In this document: piece after piece, positions 1-7,385 of the stretch | Numbering within the stretch: the first letter of the stretch is position 1 | Layout: every line of letters begins with the position of its first letter | Source: Vulcanimicrobiota bacterium | GTDB taxonomy: Bacteria > Vulcanimicrobiota > Vulcanimicrobiia > Vulcanimicrobiales > Vulcanimicrobiaceae | Length of the DNA: 11,009 bases | NCBI GenBank assembly: GCA_003135555.1 | Contig: PLCF01000038.1 | Span: 7,294 to 18,302, forward strand | Reading direction: 5' to 3' | Translations under genes and position numbers: made by a program | The notes under the pieces: generated by a model | Databases searched by the model: none | What the model was told of the DNA's origin: nothing | What the model saw: the letters and a program-made list of their open reading frames with translations, nothing else

Positions 1-2414
1 TTGGTGCCGAAGCTGAAGAACTGCGCGATCGTCGCCAGCTCGCCCGCGATGACGCACGCTCGCGGCAGCTCCACCATCGTGCCGATGCGGTAGGGCACCT
101 CGATCCCGCGCGTGAGGATCACCTCGTCGGCGATCGCTTTTGCAGCATCGTAGGTCACGCGCATCTCTTCGATGGTGCCGACGCCGGGGATCATGACGTC
201 GGGCTGCACGTCGACGCCCCGTTCGCGCAGGTCGCAGGCCGCCTCGAAGATGGCCCGCACCTGCATCGCGTAGATCTCGGGATACAGGATGCCGAGCCGG
301 CAGACGCGCAGCCCCAGCATCGGGTTCTCTTCGTGCAGGGCGCGCACGCGGCCCAGCACGCGCATCTTCTCCTGATAGAGCGGATCCTTCTCGCCCGTGC
401 TCATGCGCAGCTCGGTGGTCTCCACCAGCAGGTCTTCGAGCGAGGGGAGGAACTCGTGCAGCGGGGGATCGAGCAGCCGAATCGTCACCGGGTAACCGGC
501 CATCACCTCGAGGATCCCGGCGAAGTCGTCCTTCTGGAACGGCAGCAACCGCGCGAGCGCTTCGGCGCGCGCATGCGGCGTGTCGCTGATGATCATCTGC
601 TGCACGACCGGCAACCGGTCTTGCTGCATGAACATGTGCTCGGTGCGGCACAGACCGATCCCGGTCGCGCCGAGTTCGCGCGCTTTGCGCGCGTCTTCAG
701 GCGTGTCGGCGTTGGCCCACACTTCGAGCCGCATCGCCTTGTCGGCCCAGCCCAAAAACTCGGACAGCCAGTCCGGCAGTTCCGACGGCGGCGGGATCAG
801 CGCGAGCTTCCCGATCACCACGTTCCCGGTCGTGCCGTCGATGGTGACCCAGTCGCCCTCTTTGAGGACGGCATCGCCGATCGTCGCGGTCTTGGCGCGA
901 TAGTCGACGGTCATGGCGTCGAACCCGGCGACACACGGCTTGCCCATCCCGCGCGCGACCACCGCCGCGTGCGAGGTCGCACCGCCGCGCGAGGTCAGGA
1001 CGCCCTTCGCCGCGATCATGCCGTGCACGTCGTCGGGGGCGGTCTCGACGCGCACCAGGATCACGGCGTCGCCCGCGTTGCCGCGTTCGGCCGCGGTGTC
1101 GGCGTCGAAGACGATCTCGCCGCTCGCCGCGCCCGGTGAGGCGTTGAGTCCTTTGCCGGCGACGGCGTACGTTTCGTGCGGGTCAATGCGCGCATGGAAG
1201 AGCTGATCGAGCGACGCCGCATCGACGTGCCGCAGCGCTTCGGCCGTGGTGATGAGCCCTTCGTGCACCATGTCCAGCGCGATCTTCACCGCCGCTTCGG
1301 CGCTGCGCTTACCGCTGCGGGTCTGCAGCATCCATAGCTTGCCGCGCTCGACGGTGAACTCCAGGTCCTGCATGTCGCGGTAGTGGGTTTCGAGCGAGTG
1401 CGCGATCGCGACGAACTGCGCGTACACGTCGGGCTGCGAGCTCTGCAAGTCGGAGATCTTCATCGGCGTACGGATCCCGGCCACGACGTCTTCGCCTTGC
1501 GCGTTGCGCAAGTACTCGCCGAAGAGCGTCTTCGCGCCGGTGTTGGGGTCGCGGGTGAACGCGACGCCGGTTCCGGAGTCCTCGCCCAGGTTGCCGAACA
1601 CCATCGTGCAGACGCTGCACGCCGTGCCCCAGTCGTCGGAGATCTTGTTGAACTTGCGGTAGTCGGCGGCGCGCTTGGAGTGCCACGAGTCGAACACCGC
1701 GCCGATCGCCAGCTCCAGCTGCTCGTAGACGTCCTGCGGGAACGGCTCGCCGGTGTGGACCCGCACGATCTCGCGGTACTGCGCGATCACTTCTTTCCAG
1801 CGGTCCGCGCCCAGCTCGGGATCGCTGGCGACGCCGGCCTTCTGCTTGGCTTCGTCGACTACGCGGTCGAACTCGTCCTTGGGGATGTCGAGCACGATGG
1901 TACCGAACATCGCCATGAAGCGGCGGTACGCGTCGTAGGCAAAGCGGTCGTTGCCGGTGAGCTTCGCCAGCCCGATCACGGTGTCGTCATTGAGTCCCAG
2001 GTTGAGGACCGTGTCCATCATCCCGGGCATCGAGACGTGCGCACCGCTGCGCACGGAGACGAGCAGCGGGTTGGAGGACGATCCGAAGCCCTTGTCCGTG
2101 CGGCTCTCGAGCTCGCGCATCGCGGCCCGGATCTCGGCCGGCAGCCCGTCGGGGAGGCGCCGTCCGGCCTGGTAGAAGGCCAGACAGACCTCGGTGGTCA
2201 GGGTGAATCCGGGCGGGACCGGTAGGCCGGCTTGGGTCATCTCGGCCAGCCCGGCGCCCTTGCCGCCGAGCAGATCCTTGCGCTCGCCGTCGCCTTCCTC
2301 GAAGAACCAGAGTCGCTTTTCGCCTAGCCCCTGCTCGTCTTCCTGACCAGGCGTGCGTGGAAAATCATTATAGCGCCGCGTACGAGCGACGGAAACTTTC
2401 TCCATCTGGTCCAT
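1..2414 (-). CDS. ppdK: Pyruvate phosphate dikinase (3' end truncated by the window edge; start uncertain: ATG 2414, ATG 2405 or further downstream)
   Basis: Absent from the ORF track, consistent with no stop before the window edge. Manual translation gives the N-terminal KRLWFFEEGDGERKDLLGGKGAGLAEMTQAGLPVPPGFTLTTEVC, the phospho-His motif LTSRGGATSHAAVVARGMGKPCV (about 935-1000), and QFFSFGT at the window edge in the same frame as ATG 2414. Confidence 0.97.
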   Translation of the reverse strand, partial: MDQMEKVSVARTRRYNDFPRTPGQEDEQGLGEKRLWFFEEGDGERKDLLGGKGAGLAEMTQAGLPVPPGFTLTTEVCLAFYQAGRRLPDGLPAEIRAAMRELESRTDKGFGSSSNPLLVSVRSGAHVSMPGMMDTVLNLGLNDDTVIGLAKLTGNDRFAYDAYRRFMAMFGTIVLDIPKDEFDRVVDEAKQKAGVASDPELGADRWKEVIAQYREIVRVHTGEPFPQDVYEQLELAIGAVFDSWHSKRAADYRKFNKISDDWGTACSVCTMVFGNLGEDSGTGVAFTRDPNTGAKTLFGEYLRNAQGEDVVAGIRTPMKISDLQSSQPDVYAQFVAIAHSLETHYRDMQDLEFTVERGKLWMLQTRSGKRSAEAAVKIALDMVHEGLITTAEALRHVDAASLDQLFHARIDPHETYAVAGKGLNASPGAASGEIVFDADTAAERGNAGDAVILVRVETAPDDVHGMIAAKGVLTSRGGATSHAAVVARGMGKPCVAGFDAMTVDYRAKTATIGDAVLKEGDWVTIDGTTGNVVIGKLALIPPPSELPDWLSEFLGWADKAMRLEVWANADTPEDARKARELGATGIGLCRTEHMFMQQDRLPVVQQMIISDTPHARAEALARLLPFQKDDFAGILEVMAGYPVTIRLLDPPLHEFLPSLEDLLVETTELRMSTGEKDPLYQEKMRVLGRVRALHEENPMLGLRVCRLGILYPEIYAMQVRAIFEAACDLRERGVDVQPDVMIPGVGTIEEMRVTYDAAKAIADEVILTRGIEVPYRIGTMVELPRACVIAGELATIAQFFSFGT
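2367..2395 (-). promoter_or_regulatory. Putative sigma70-type promoter for ppdK (TTTCCG-N17-TATAAT)
   Basis: Perfect TATAAT at 2372..2367 on the minus strand in a very GC-rich context, with a weak -35 (TTTCCG) exactly 17 nt upstream. It lies inside the longest possible ppdK ORF. Confidence 0.45.
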
Positions 2415-2485
2415 GTCGTGAAAGATTCCCGGGAGCCCTGCGTTTCAAGCGGGCGCTTTGTATCAGTGACCCAGGCCTTCAGCCT

Positions 2486-3151
2486 CTATTTGGCGTCGTG
2501 GAAGATGAGGCCGAGGGTGAGCCGCCCGCCGCGGCGGACCTCCGCGACCCCGTGGCGGAAGATCGTCCGGGAGTAGCCGCGCGCACTGCGGACCGGCCGG
2601 GGCCCGTTCGGGAAAACCACCGCGTCCCCGGCTCGCAGGGGGACGACGTGGGCCAGGCTTTGCTTGCGTGGGCGTTGCTCGACCAGGACGAACTCGCCGC
2701 CCTCGAAGTCCCGCCCGGGCTCGTCGAGCAGCACCGTCGCTTGGAACGGAAAGGCGATCTCTCCGTAGCGGTCCTGGTGCAGCGCGTTGTGGTCGCCGGC
2801 GCGGTAGCGCAGCAGCAGCGGCGTCGGACGCGTCTGTCCCTGCGCGTGGCAGCGGGCCAGAAACTCCGCCAGCGTCGCCGGGAAGCGCTCCGCCCCGCCG
2901 AGCGACTCCGCCCAGGCATCGGCGATCGGCGCGAGCTGGGCGTACAGGCTTTCCCGCAACTGCGCCACGAGCGGCGGCAGCGGATAATCGAAGTAGCGGT
3001 AGACGCCCCGCCCGTAGCCCAGCCGCTCCATGACGATGGTGCTGCGAAACGCGCCGTCGTCGTCGAACCGCGCACGCAGCGCGCCACGCTCAGCCGCGCC
3101 GAGCACCCCCGAGACCACCGCGTAGCCGCGCGCGTCGAGTTCCTGGTCCAT
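2486..3151 (-). CDS. 2OG-Fe(II) dioxygenase, DUF2086/Oxygenase-NA-like (prolyl-4-hydroxylase-like fold)
   Basis: HxD...H iron triad and 2OG-binding Arg: NALHQDRYGEIAFPFQ, FEGGEFVLVEQRPR, RHGVAEVRRGGRLTLGLIFHDAK. Also GYGRGVYRYF and RPTPLLLRY, typical of this family. ATG 3151 is preferred over TTG 3160 because GGAGG lies just upstream, although the spacing is short. Confidence 0.88.
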   Translation of the reverse strand: MDQELDARGYAVVSGVLGAAERGALRARFDDDGAFRSTIVMERLGYGRGVYRYFDYPLPPLVAQLRESLYAQLAPIADAWAESLGGAERFPATLAEFLARCHAQGQTRPTPLLLRYRAGDHNALHQDRYGEIAFPFQATVLLDEPGRDFEGGEFVLVEQRPRKQSLAHVVPLRAGDAVVFPNGPRPVRSARGYSRTIFRHGVAEVRRGGRLTLGLIFHDAK

Positions 3152-3183
3152 GTCCTCCAAGAACCGCGGTGCGGATAGCGCGT

Positions 3184-3209
3184 TTGCGCGCGCGTTGCTC
3201 TCGCATTGC
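3184..3209 (-). promoter_or_regulatory. Ada-box-like operator (AAT-N6-GCAA) inside three GCAA boxes at 11-bp spacing
   Basis: The minus strand reads GCAATGCGAGAGCAACGCGCGCGCAA. AAT-gcgaga-GCAA (3207..3195) matches the E. coli Ada A-box/B-box arrangement. Plus-strand TTGC occurs at 3184, 3195 and 3206. Confidence 0.4.
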
Positions 3210-3225
3210 GCCGCCCCGGCGATGA

Positions 3226-3241
3226 CGCCGCGGTCGCGGCG
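3226..3241. terminator. Short GC inverted repeat directly after the RND stop codon (possible pause or weak terminator)
   Basis: CGCCGCG-GT-CGCGGCG. There is no U-tract. Confidence 0.2.
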
Positions 3242-6200
3242 CTAGGACACCGGACTCCGTTGCAGCTCGACCGTCGTCGACGGGATGCGGCGGCGCGAGC
3301 GGAAACGGTTCCCGAGCCGCTTCGCGACGACCAAGTACAGCGTCGGCACGACCAACAGCGACAGGACCGTCGACGCGATCAGGCCGCCGATCACCACCGT
3401 CGCGAGGGGTGCCTGCGTCGAGCTGCCGACCTCGATGCCGAGCGCGAGCGGAAGCATCCCGCCCAGCGTCGCGAGCGTCGTCATCAAGATCGGTCGCAGC
3501 CGCAGCGGGCCCGCCTCGAGCAACGCCTCGCGCACCGGCTTGCCCTCCTCGCGCAGCTGCTTCGTGAACTCGATAACCAGGATCGCGTTCTTCACCGCGA
3601 TCCCGACCAGCATCAGGGAACCGACGAAGGCCGTCAGCCCGAACGCGCGGTGCGTGACCAGCAGCGCCGTAAGGATCCCGACCAGCGAGAGCGGCGCGGA
3701 AACCATGATGACGAGCGGGTCGACGTACGACTCGAACTGCGCGGCGAGCAGCATGTAAATCAGCAAGACCGCGAGTCCGACCGCCAGCCAGAGCGAGCCG
3801 AAGCTGTTCTGGCCGCGCAAGATCTCGGGGCCGAACTCCCAGCGATAGCCCGCCGGGAACGGGTACGCCCGCATCGTCGCCGCCGCGTCCACGAGCACCG
3901 GGCCCAGCGGCCGTCCGGCCAGCGGCGCCTGGATCTCGACCCGGCGCTGGCGGTTCTCGCGGCTGATCGCGGACGGACCCAGGCCCTGCGTGATCTGCGC
4001 GACGCTGCCCAGCGTCAACCCGAGCGGCGCGGGCGACGCGGCCGGCGTCGTCGGATTCGCGCCGGGCGTCGTGAACTCCAAGCCTTGCAACGAGGCGAAC
4101 GAGCGCCGCTGATTCTGGGCGAGCTCGATGAGGATCGGGTACTGGATACCGTTGATTTGATAGTAGCTCGAGATCGAGCCGTTCGTCGCCGCGCTGATGA
4201 ACTGCGCGACGTCGCCGGTCCCGAGGCCGAGCTGGCTCACCCGCGTCCGGTCGATCGCGACGCGCACCTCGGGTTGGGAATTCGTGACGTTCTTGTCGGG
4301 ATCTCCGACACCGGGAATTCGCGCGATCGAGGCCATTACGCCGTCGGATACCGTCTGCAGCGTTGCCAGATCGGGTCCGTAGATCTCGAGCTCGAGCGCC
4401 GTCTGGCCTTGCGAGATCTGACGTTGCACGATGTCGATCGTTTGACCGCGCGCGACGGTCCCGGTCATCGCGCTGCGCAGGCTCGCGGCTTGCGCGGGAT
4501 CGAGCAGCGGATCGCCCGGCTTGGCGTTGCCGCTCAGACGCCGGCGCCAATCGCTGATGAACGCAGCCGCCGCGGCACCGTCCGTTCCGCGCCGCAGGGT
4601 GATCTGCAGGGTTGCGCGATTGGTGATCGAGCGTGCCGTCCCACCCGCTCCGACTTCGCCGACCGTCGCGCCGACCGCCACGACCCGCGGATCTTTGCGG
4701 AGCGCATCTTCGACGGCCTGTGAGACGTGGTTGGTGATCGCGAGCGCGGTGCCGTTGGGCGCCTGGAGCCCGAGTTGGACGAAGCGCGTATCGGAGGGCG
4801 GGAAGATCTCGGTCGGTACGGCCCCGAGCTGCATCGCGACCGCCGCGCCGGCGACGAGTGCGAACGCGAAACCGAGCACGATCGCGGGACGATCGAGGGA
4901 CGCCGCGAGGAGGCGAGCGTAGCCCTTCGCAAAGCGCCCGTACGTGCGGTCGAACGCCTCGCCGAAGCGGTTCGGACGCGCCGCGGCGACCGCGCCCTCC
5001 GCACGGTGGTGCAGCATCTCGGCCGAGAGCATCGGCACCGCCGTAACGGCGACCACCAGCGAGATCGCGACACCGCTCATCACGACGATCGCGAACGGCC
5101 CGAAGATCAGGCCCTGGAGGCCCGGGATGAGCAGCACCGGGAAGAACACCGTGACGACGGTGATCGACGAAGCGACGACTGCGCCCATGATCTGTGCGGT
5201 CCCGCCTTCGGCCGCGTCTTCGGGCGACATCCCCATCCCCAGGAAGCGCGAGATGTTCTCGATGACCACGACCGCGTCGTCGACGATGAGTCCGACCGCC
5301 AACGCCAAGCCGCCCAGCGTCATCACGTTGAGCGTCTCCCCGAACGCGTACGCGATGAAGAGCGTTCCCAAGATCGAGACCGGCAGCGACACCGCGACGA
5401 TCAGCATCGCGCGCCACGAATGCAGGAACAGCAAGATGATCAACACGGCCAGGACGGCGCCGTAGACGGCGGTGTGCTCGAGCGACGCGACGGCGTCGAG
5501 GATGAACTCGCGCTGGTCGAGCAGCGTGTCGAACCGCATACTCGGATAACGCGCCTTGATGTCGTCGATCTTGCGGCTCACGCCGCCCGCGACGGCGACG
5601 ATATTGGCATTGGGCTGCGCCGTAATCGTGAGCAGCACGGACGGCGAGCCGTTCAGTCGCGAGAAAACGCGTTGCTCCTGGATCGCGTCCCGCACGACCG
5701 CGACGTCGCGCAGGCGCACCGTCGTACCGTTGGTGACGGTGATGACCGTGTCTGCAAGCTGGCCGGGCGCCGTAAAGAGCGCGCTGGTGCGAATGCCATA
5801 CTCGTTGCGCCCGATTTGAATCACGCCCGCGGGCAGCTCGACGTTCTCGTTTTTGATCCGCTGCAGCAACGCATCGAGCGTGAGCCCGGCGGCTGCCAGC
5901 TTGTGCTCGTCGGGTTCGATGACGATCGCGCGCTGTGCAACGCCCGAGACGCCGAGGCTGCCCACGCCGTGCACCGATGCGAATTCGTCCGAGAGCGAGT
6001 TGACGATCAGATCCGAGAGCGCACTTTGGGTCATGAGCGGATCGGTGACGGCGACCGTGAGCACCGGCGTCGCGTTCGGGTCGGCCTTCGCGATCTGCGG
6101 CTCTTGCAACGCTTGGTCGTTCGGCAGTGAGGCCCGAATGCGCGCTACCTGCTGCTGGACGTCGACGGCGGCAACGTTGATGTCCGTTCCGAACTCGAAC

Positions 6201-6481
6201 TGGACGCGCACCGTCGAGAGGCCCTGGAACGAGTTCGACTCGATGAAGTCGATGCCGGCGACCCGGCTGACCGCATTCTCGATCGGCCGCGTAATCGTGG
6301 TCTCCATCGTCTCGGGCGAGACGTTGCTGTACGCGACGGTCACGCTCACCACCGGCGGCGCGAACGACGGCAAGAGCGCGATCGCCAGGCGCGGCGCCGC
6401 GAACAGGCCGAGCACGACGATCGCGAGCGAGATCATCGCTACGGCGACCCGGCGACGAACGGCGAAGCCGGCGATTCCCAT
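3242..6481 (-). CDS. RND efflux transporter permease subunit (AcrB/AcrD/AcrF family)
   Basis: About 1079 aa with RND architecture. TM4 GLIVDDAVVVIENI, TM10 GIAVKNAILVIEF and TM11 RLRPILMTT retain the AcrB proton-relay Asp-Asp/Lys/Arg/Thr residues. Also LNVMTLGGLALAVG and AQFES..DP. ATG 6481 (MGIAGFAVRRRV) fits typical RND N-termini better than GTG 6505. Confidence 0.95.
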   Translation of the reverse strand: MGIAGFAVRRRVAVAMISLAIVVLGLFAAPRLAIALLPSFAPPVVSVTVAYSNVSPETMETTITRPIENAVSRVAGIDFIESNSFQGLSTVRVQFEFGTDINVAAVDVQQQVARIRASLPNDQALQEPQIAKADPNATPVLTVAVTDPLMTQSALSDLIVNSLSDEFASVHGVGSLGVSGVAQRAIVIEPDEHKLAAAGLTLDALLQRIKNENVELPAGVIQIGRNEYGIRTSALFTAPGQLADTVITVTNGTTVRLRDVAVVRDAIQEQRVFSRLNGSPSVLLTITAQPNANIVAVAGGVSRKIDDIKARYPSMRFDTLLDQREFILDAVASLEHTAVYGAVLAVLIILLFLHSWRAMLIVAVSLPVSILGTLFIAYAFGETLNVMTLGGLALAVGLIVDDAVVVIENISRFLGMGMSPEDAAEGGTAQIMGAVVASSITVVTVFFPVLLIPGLQGLIFGPFAIVVMSGVAISLVVAVTAVPMLSAEMLHHRAEGAVAAARPNRFGEAFDRTYGRFAKGYARLLAASLDRPAIVLGFAFALVAGAAVAMQLGAVPTEIFPPSDTRFVQLGLQAPNGTALAITNHVSQAVEDALRKDPRVVAVGATVGEVGAGGTARSITNRATLQITLRRGTDGAAAAAFISDWRRRLSGNAKPGDPLLDPAQAASLRSAMTGTVARGQTIDIVQRQISQGQTALELEIYGPDLATLQTVSDGVMASIARIPGVGDPDKNVTNSQPEVRVAIDRTRVSQLGLGTGDVAQFISAATNGSISSYYQINGIQYPILIELAQNQRRSFASLQGLEFTTPGANPTTPAASPAPLGLTLGSVAQITQGLGPSAISRENRQRRVEIQAPLAGRPLGPVLVDAAATMRAYPFPAGYRWEFGPEILRGQNSFGSLWLAVGLAVLLIYMLLAAQFESYVDPLVIMVSAPLSLVGILTALLVTHRAFGLTAFVGSLMLVGIAVKNAILVIEFTKQLREEGKPVREALLEAGPLRLRPILMTTLATLGGMLPLALGIEVGSSTQAPLATVVIGGLIASTVLSLLVVPTLYLVVAKRLGNRFRSRRRIPSTTVELQRSPVS

Positions 6482-6493
6482 CCGCAGATCATA
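6482..6493 (-). promoter_or_regulatory. -10 element TATGAT 6 nt upstream of the RND ATG (probable leaderless transcript)
   Basis: The minus strand reads TATGAT-CTGCGG-ATG, with no Shine-Dalgarno in front of ATG 6481. Confidence 0.55.
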
Positions 6494-6592
6494 CACCGGA
6501 CGCACAGTCTCGGAGCGCTTCCATTGCCGCCCAGACCATACGTGGTGTCCGGACAGAGCTGCGTACGAAAACGTACCGTGCTGTGCAAAATG

Positions 6593-6601
6593 TGCTATAC
6601 T
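6593..6601 (+). promoter_or_regulatory. Extended -10 promoter (TGnTATACT) for the Crp-PP2C operon
   Basis: TG-C-TATACT at 6593-6601, about 60 nt before ATG 6660, which has GGAG at 6648-6651. Confidence 0.6.
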
Positions 6602-6659
6602 TCCAAGCCCCGGCTAGCCCGTTGCTCGTGGCGCGGCATCAGAACTCGGAGAAGACGCC

Positions 6660-7385
6660 ATGAGGGCAACGCTACCGCCGAAACCCGGCCTCTATGTTTC
6701 CGGCAATCGCCTCTTGGACGCGTTGCCCGAGGCCGATCGCGCCGGCCTCGAAGCCGACCTCGAGATCGTCAGCCTCGAGGCGCACAAGTTCACCCACTCC
6801 GTCGGCGGGGTGATGTCCCACGTCAACTTTCCGATCGATGCCGTGCTCTCGGTGGTCGCTACGCTCAAGAACGGCGAGACGGTCGAAGTCGGAACCGTCG
6901 GCCGCGAAGGGTTTGTCGAATCCGACGCCGCGCTGGACTCGCCGCTGTCGCAGCGAACGTCGTTCTGCCAGGTACGCGGAACCGTCGGCAGGATGTCCAT
7001 CGAGCGCTTCGAGGCGCGCATGGCATCCAGCGCTACGTTTGCACGGTTGATGCGCCGCAACGTGAGGGCCTTGTTGTTCAGCGCGCAGCAGTTCGCCGCG
7101 TGCAACGCCAAGCACTCGATCCTTCAGCGTTCGGCGCGATGGCTGTCGATGACGGGGGACCGCGTCGGAAGCGCCGAGTTCACACTCTCGTTCGACTTCT
7201 TGGCGATCATGTTGGGTGTGGGGCGTCCAGGAGTCTCCGCCGCCGCCGACGCGTTACAAAACACTGGTGCTATCACCTATCATCGCGGTGCCTGGAAGAT
7301 CTTGGACAAGCCCCTGCTCAATGCCACGGCTTGCGAGTGCTATGAGGCCTGCAAACTTGCCTTCGCGGCGTCACTACGGGGATGA
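6660..7385 (+). CDS. Crp/Fnr family transcriptional regulator
   Basis: N-terminal NRLLDALP; cNMP-binding-like beta-roll (VNFPIDAVLSVV...ETVEVGTVGREGFV); C-helix AACNAKHSILQRSARWL; HTH FLAIMLGVGRPGVSAAADALQ; wing GAITYHRG; C-terminal ACECYE. RBS GGAG. Confidence 0.93.
   Translation: MRATLPPKPGLYVSGNRLLDALPEADRAGLEADLEIVSLEAHKFTHSVGGVMSHVNFPIDAVLSVVATLKNGETVEVGTVGREGFVESDAALDSPLSQRTSFCQVRGTVGRMSIERFEARMASSATFARLMRRNVRALLFSAQQFAACNAKHSILQRSARWLSMTGDRVGSAEFTLSFDFLAIMLGVGRPGVSAAADALQNTGAITYHRGAWKILDKPLLNATACECYEACKLAFAASLRG

Noticed and set aside
935..1000. Idea that the nearby PP2C phosphatases regulate PPDK via the Thr in GGATSH
   Set aside because: That Thr is controlled by the dedicated bifunctional PDRP/DUF299 protein, and SpoIIE-type PP2Cs act on STAS proteins. 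Proximity is the only link.
333..2225. Plus-strand ORFs 333..1139, 1383..2225 and smaller ORFs over ppdK
   Set aside because: Antisense or off-frame shadows of a GC3-rich real gene, with no motifs.
2406..3154. 12-bp direct repeat CTGGTCCATGTC (2406-2417 and 3143-3154), covering the ppdK upstream ATG and the dioxygenase ATG, considered as an insertion or duplication scar
   Set aside because: A few exact 12-mer repeats are expected by chance in 11 kb of high-GC DNA. One copy lies inside coding sequence, and there are no mobile-element features.
2357..3178. 273-aa plus-strand ORF and 2479..3087 minus-strand ORF
   Set aside because: They overlap the dioxygenase, which carries the recognisable catalytic motifs.
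3090..6617. Long alternative ORFs over the RND gene (3090..5417 -, 3206..4723 +, 4727..6130 +, 5853..6617 +)
   Set aside because: Arg/Gly/Ala-rich or antisense shadow frames, expected where high GC makes stop codons scarce. The RND frame explains the region.
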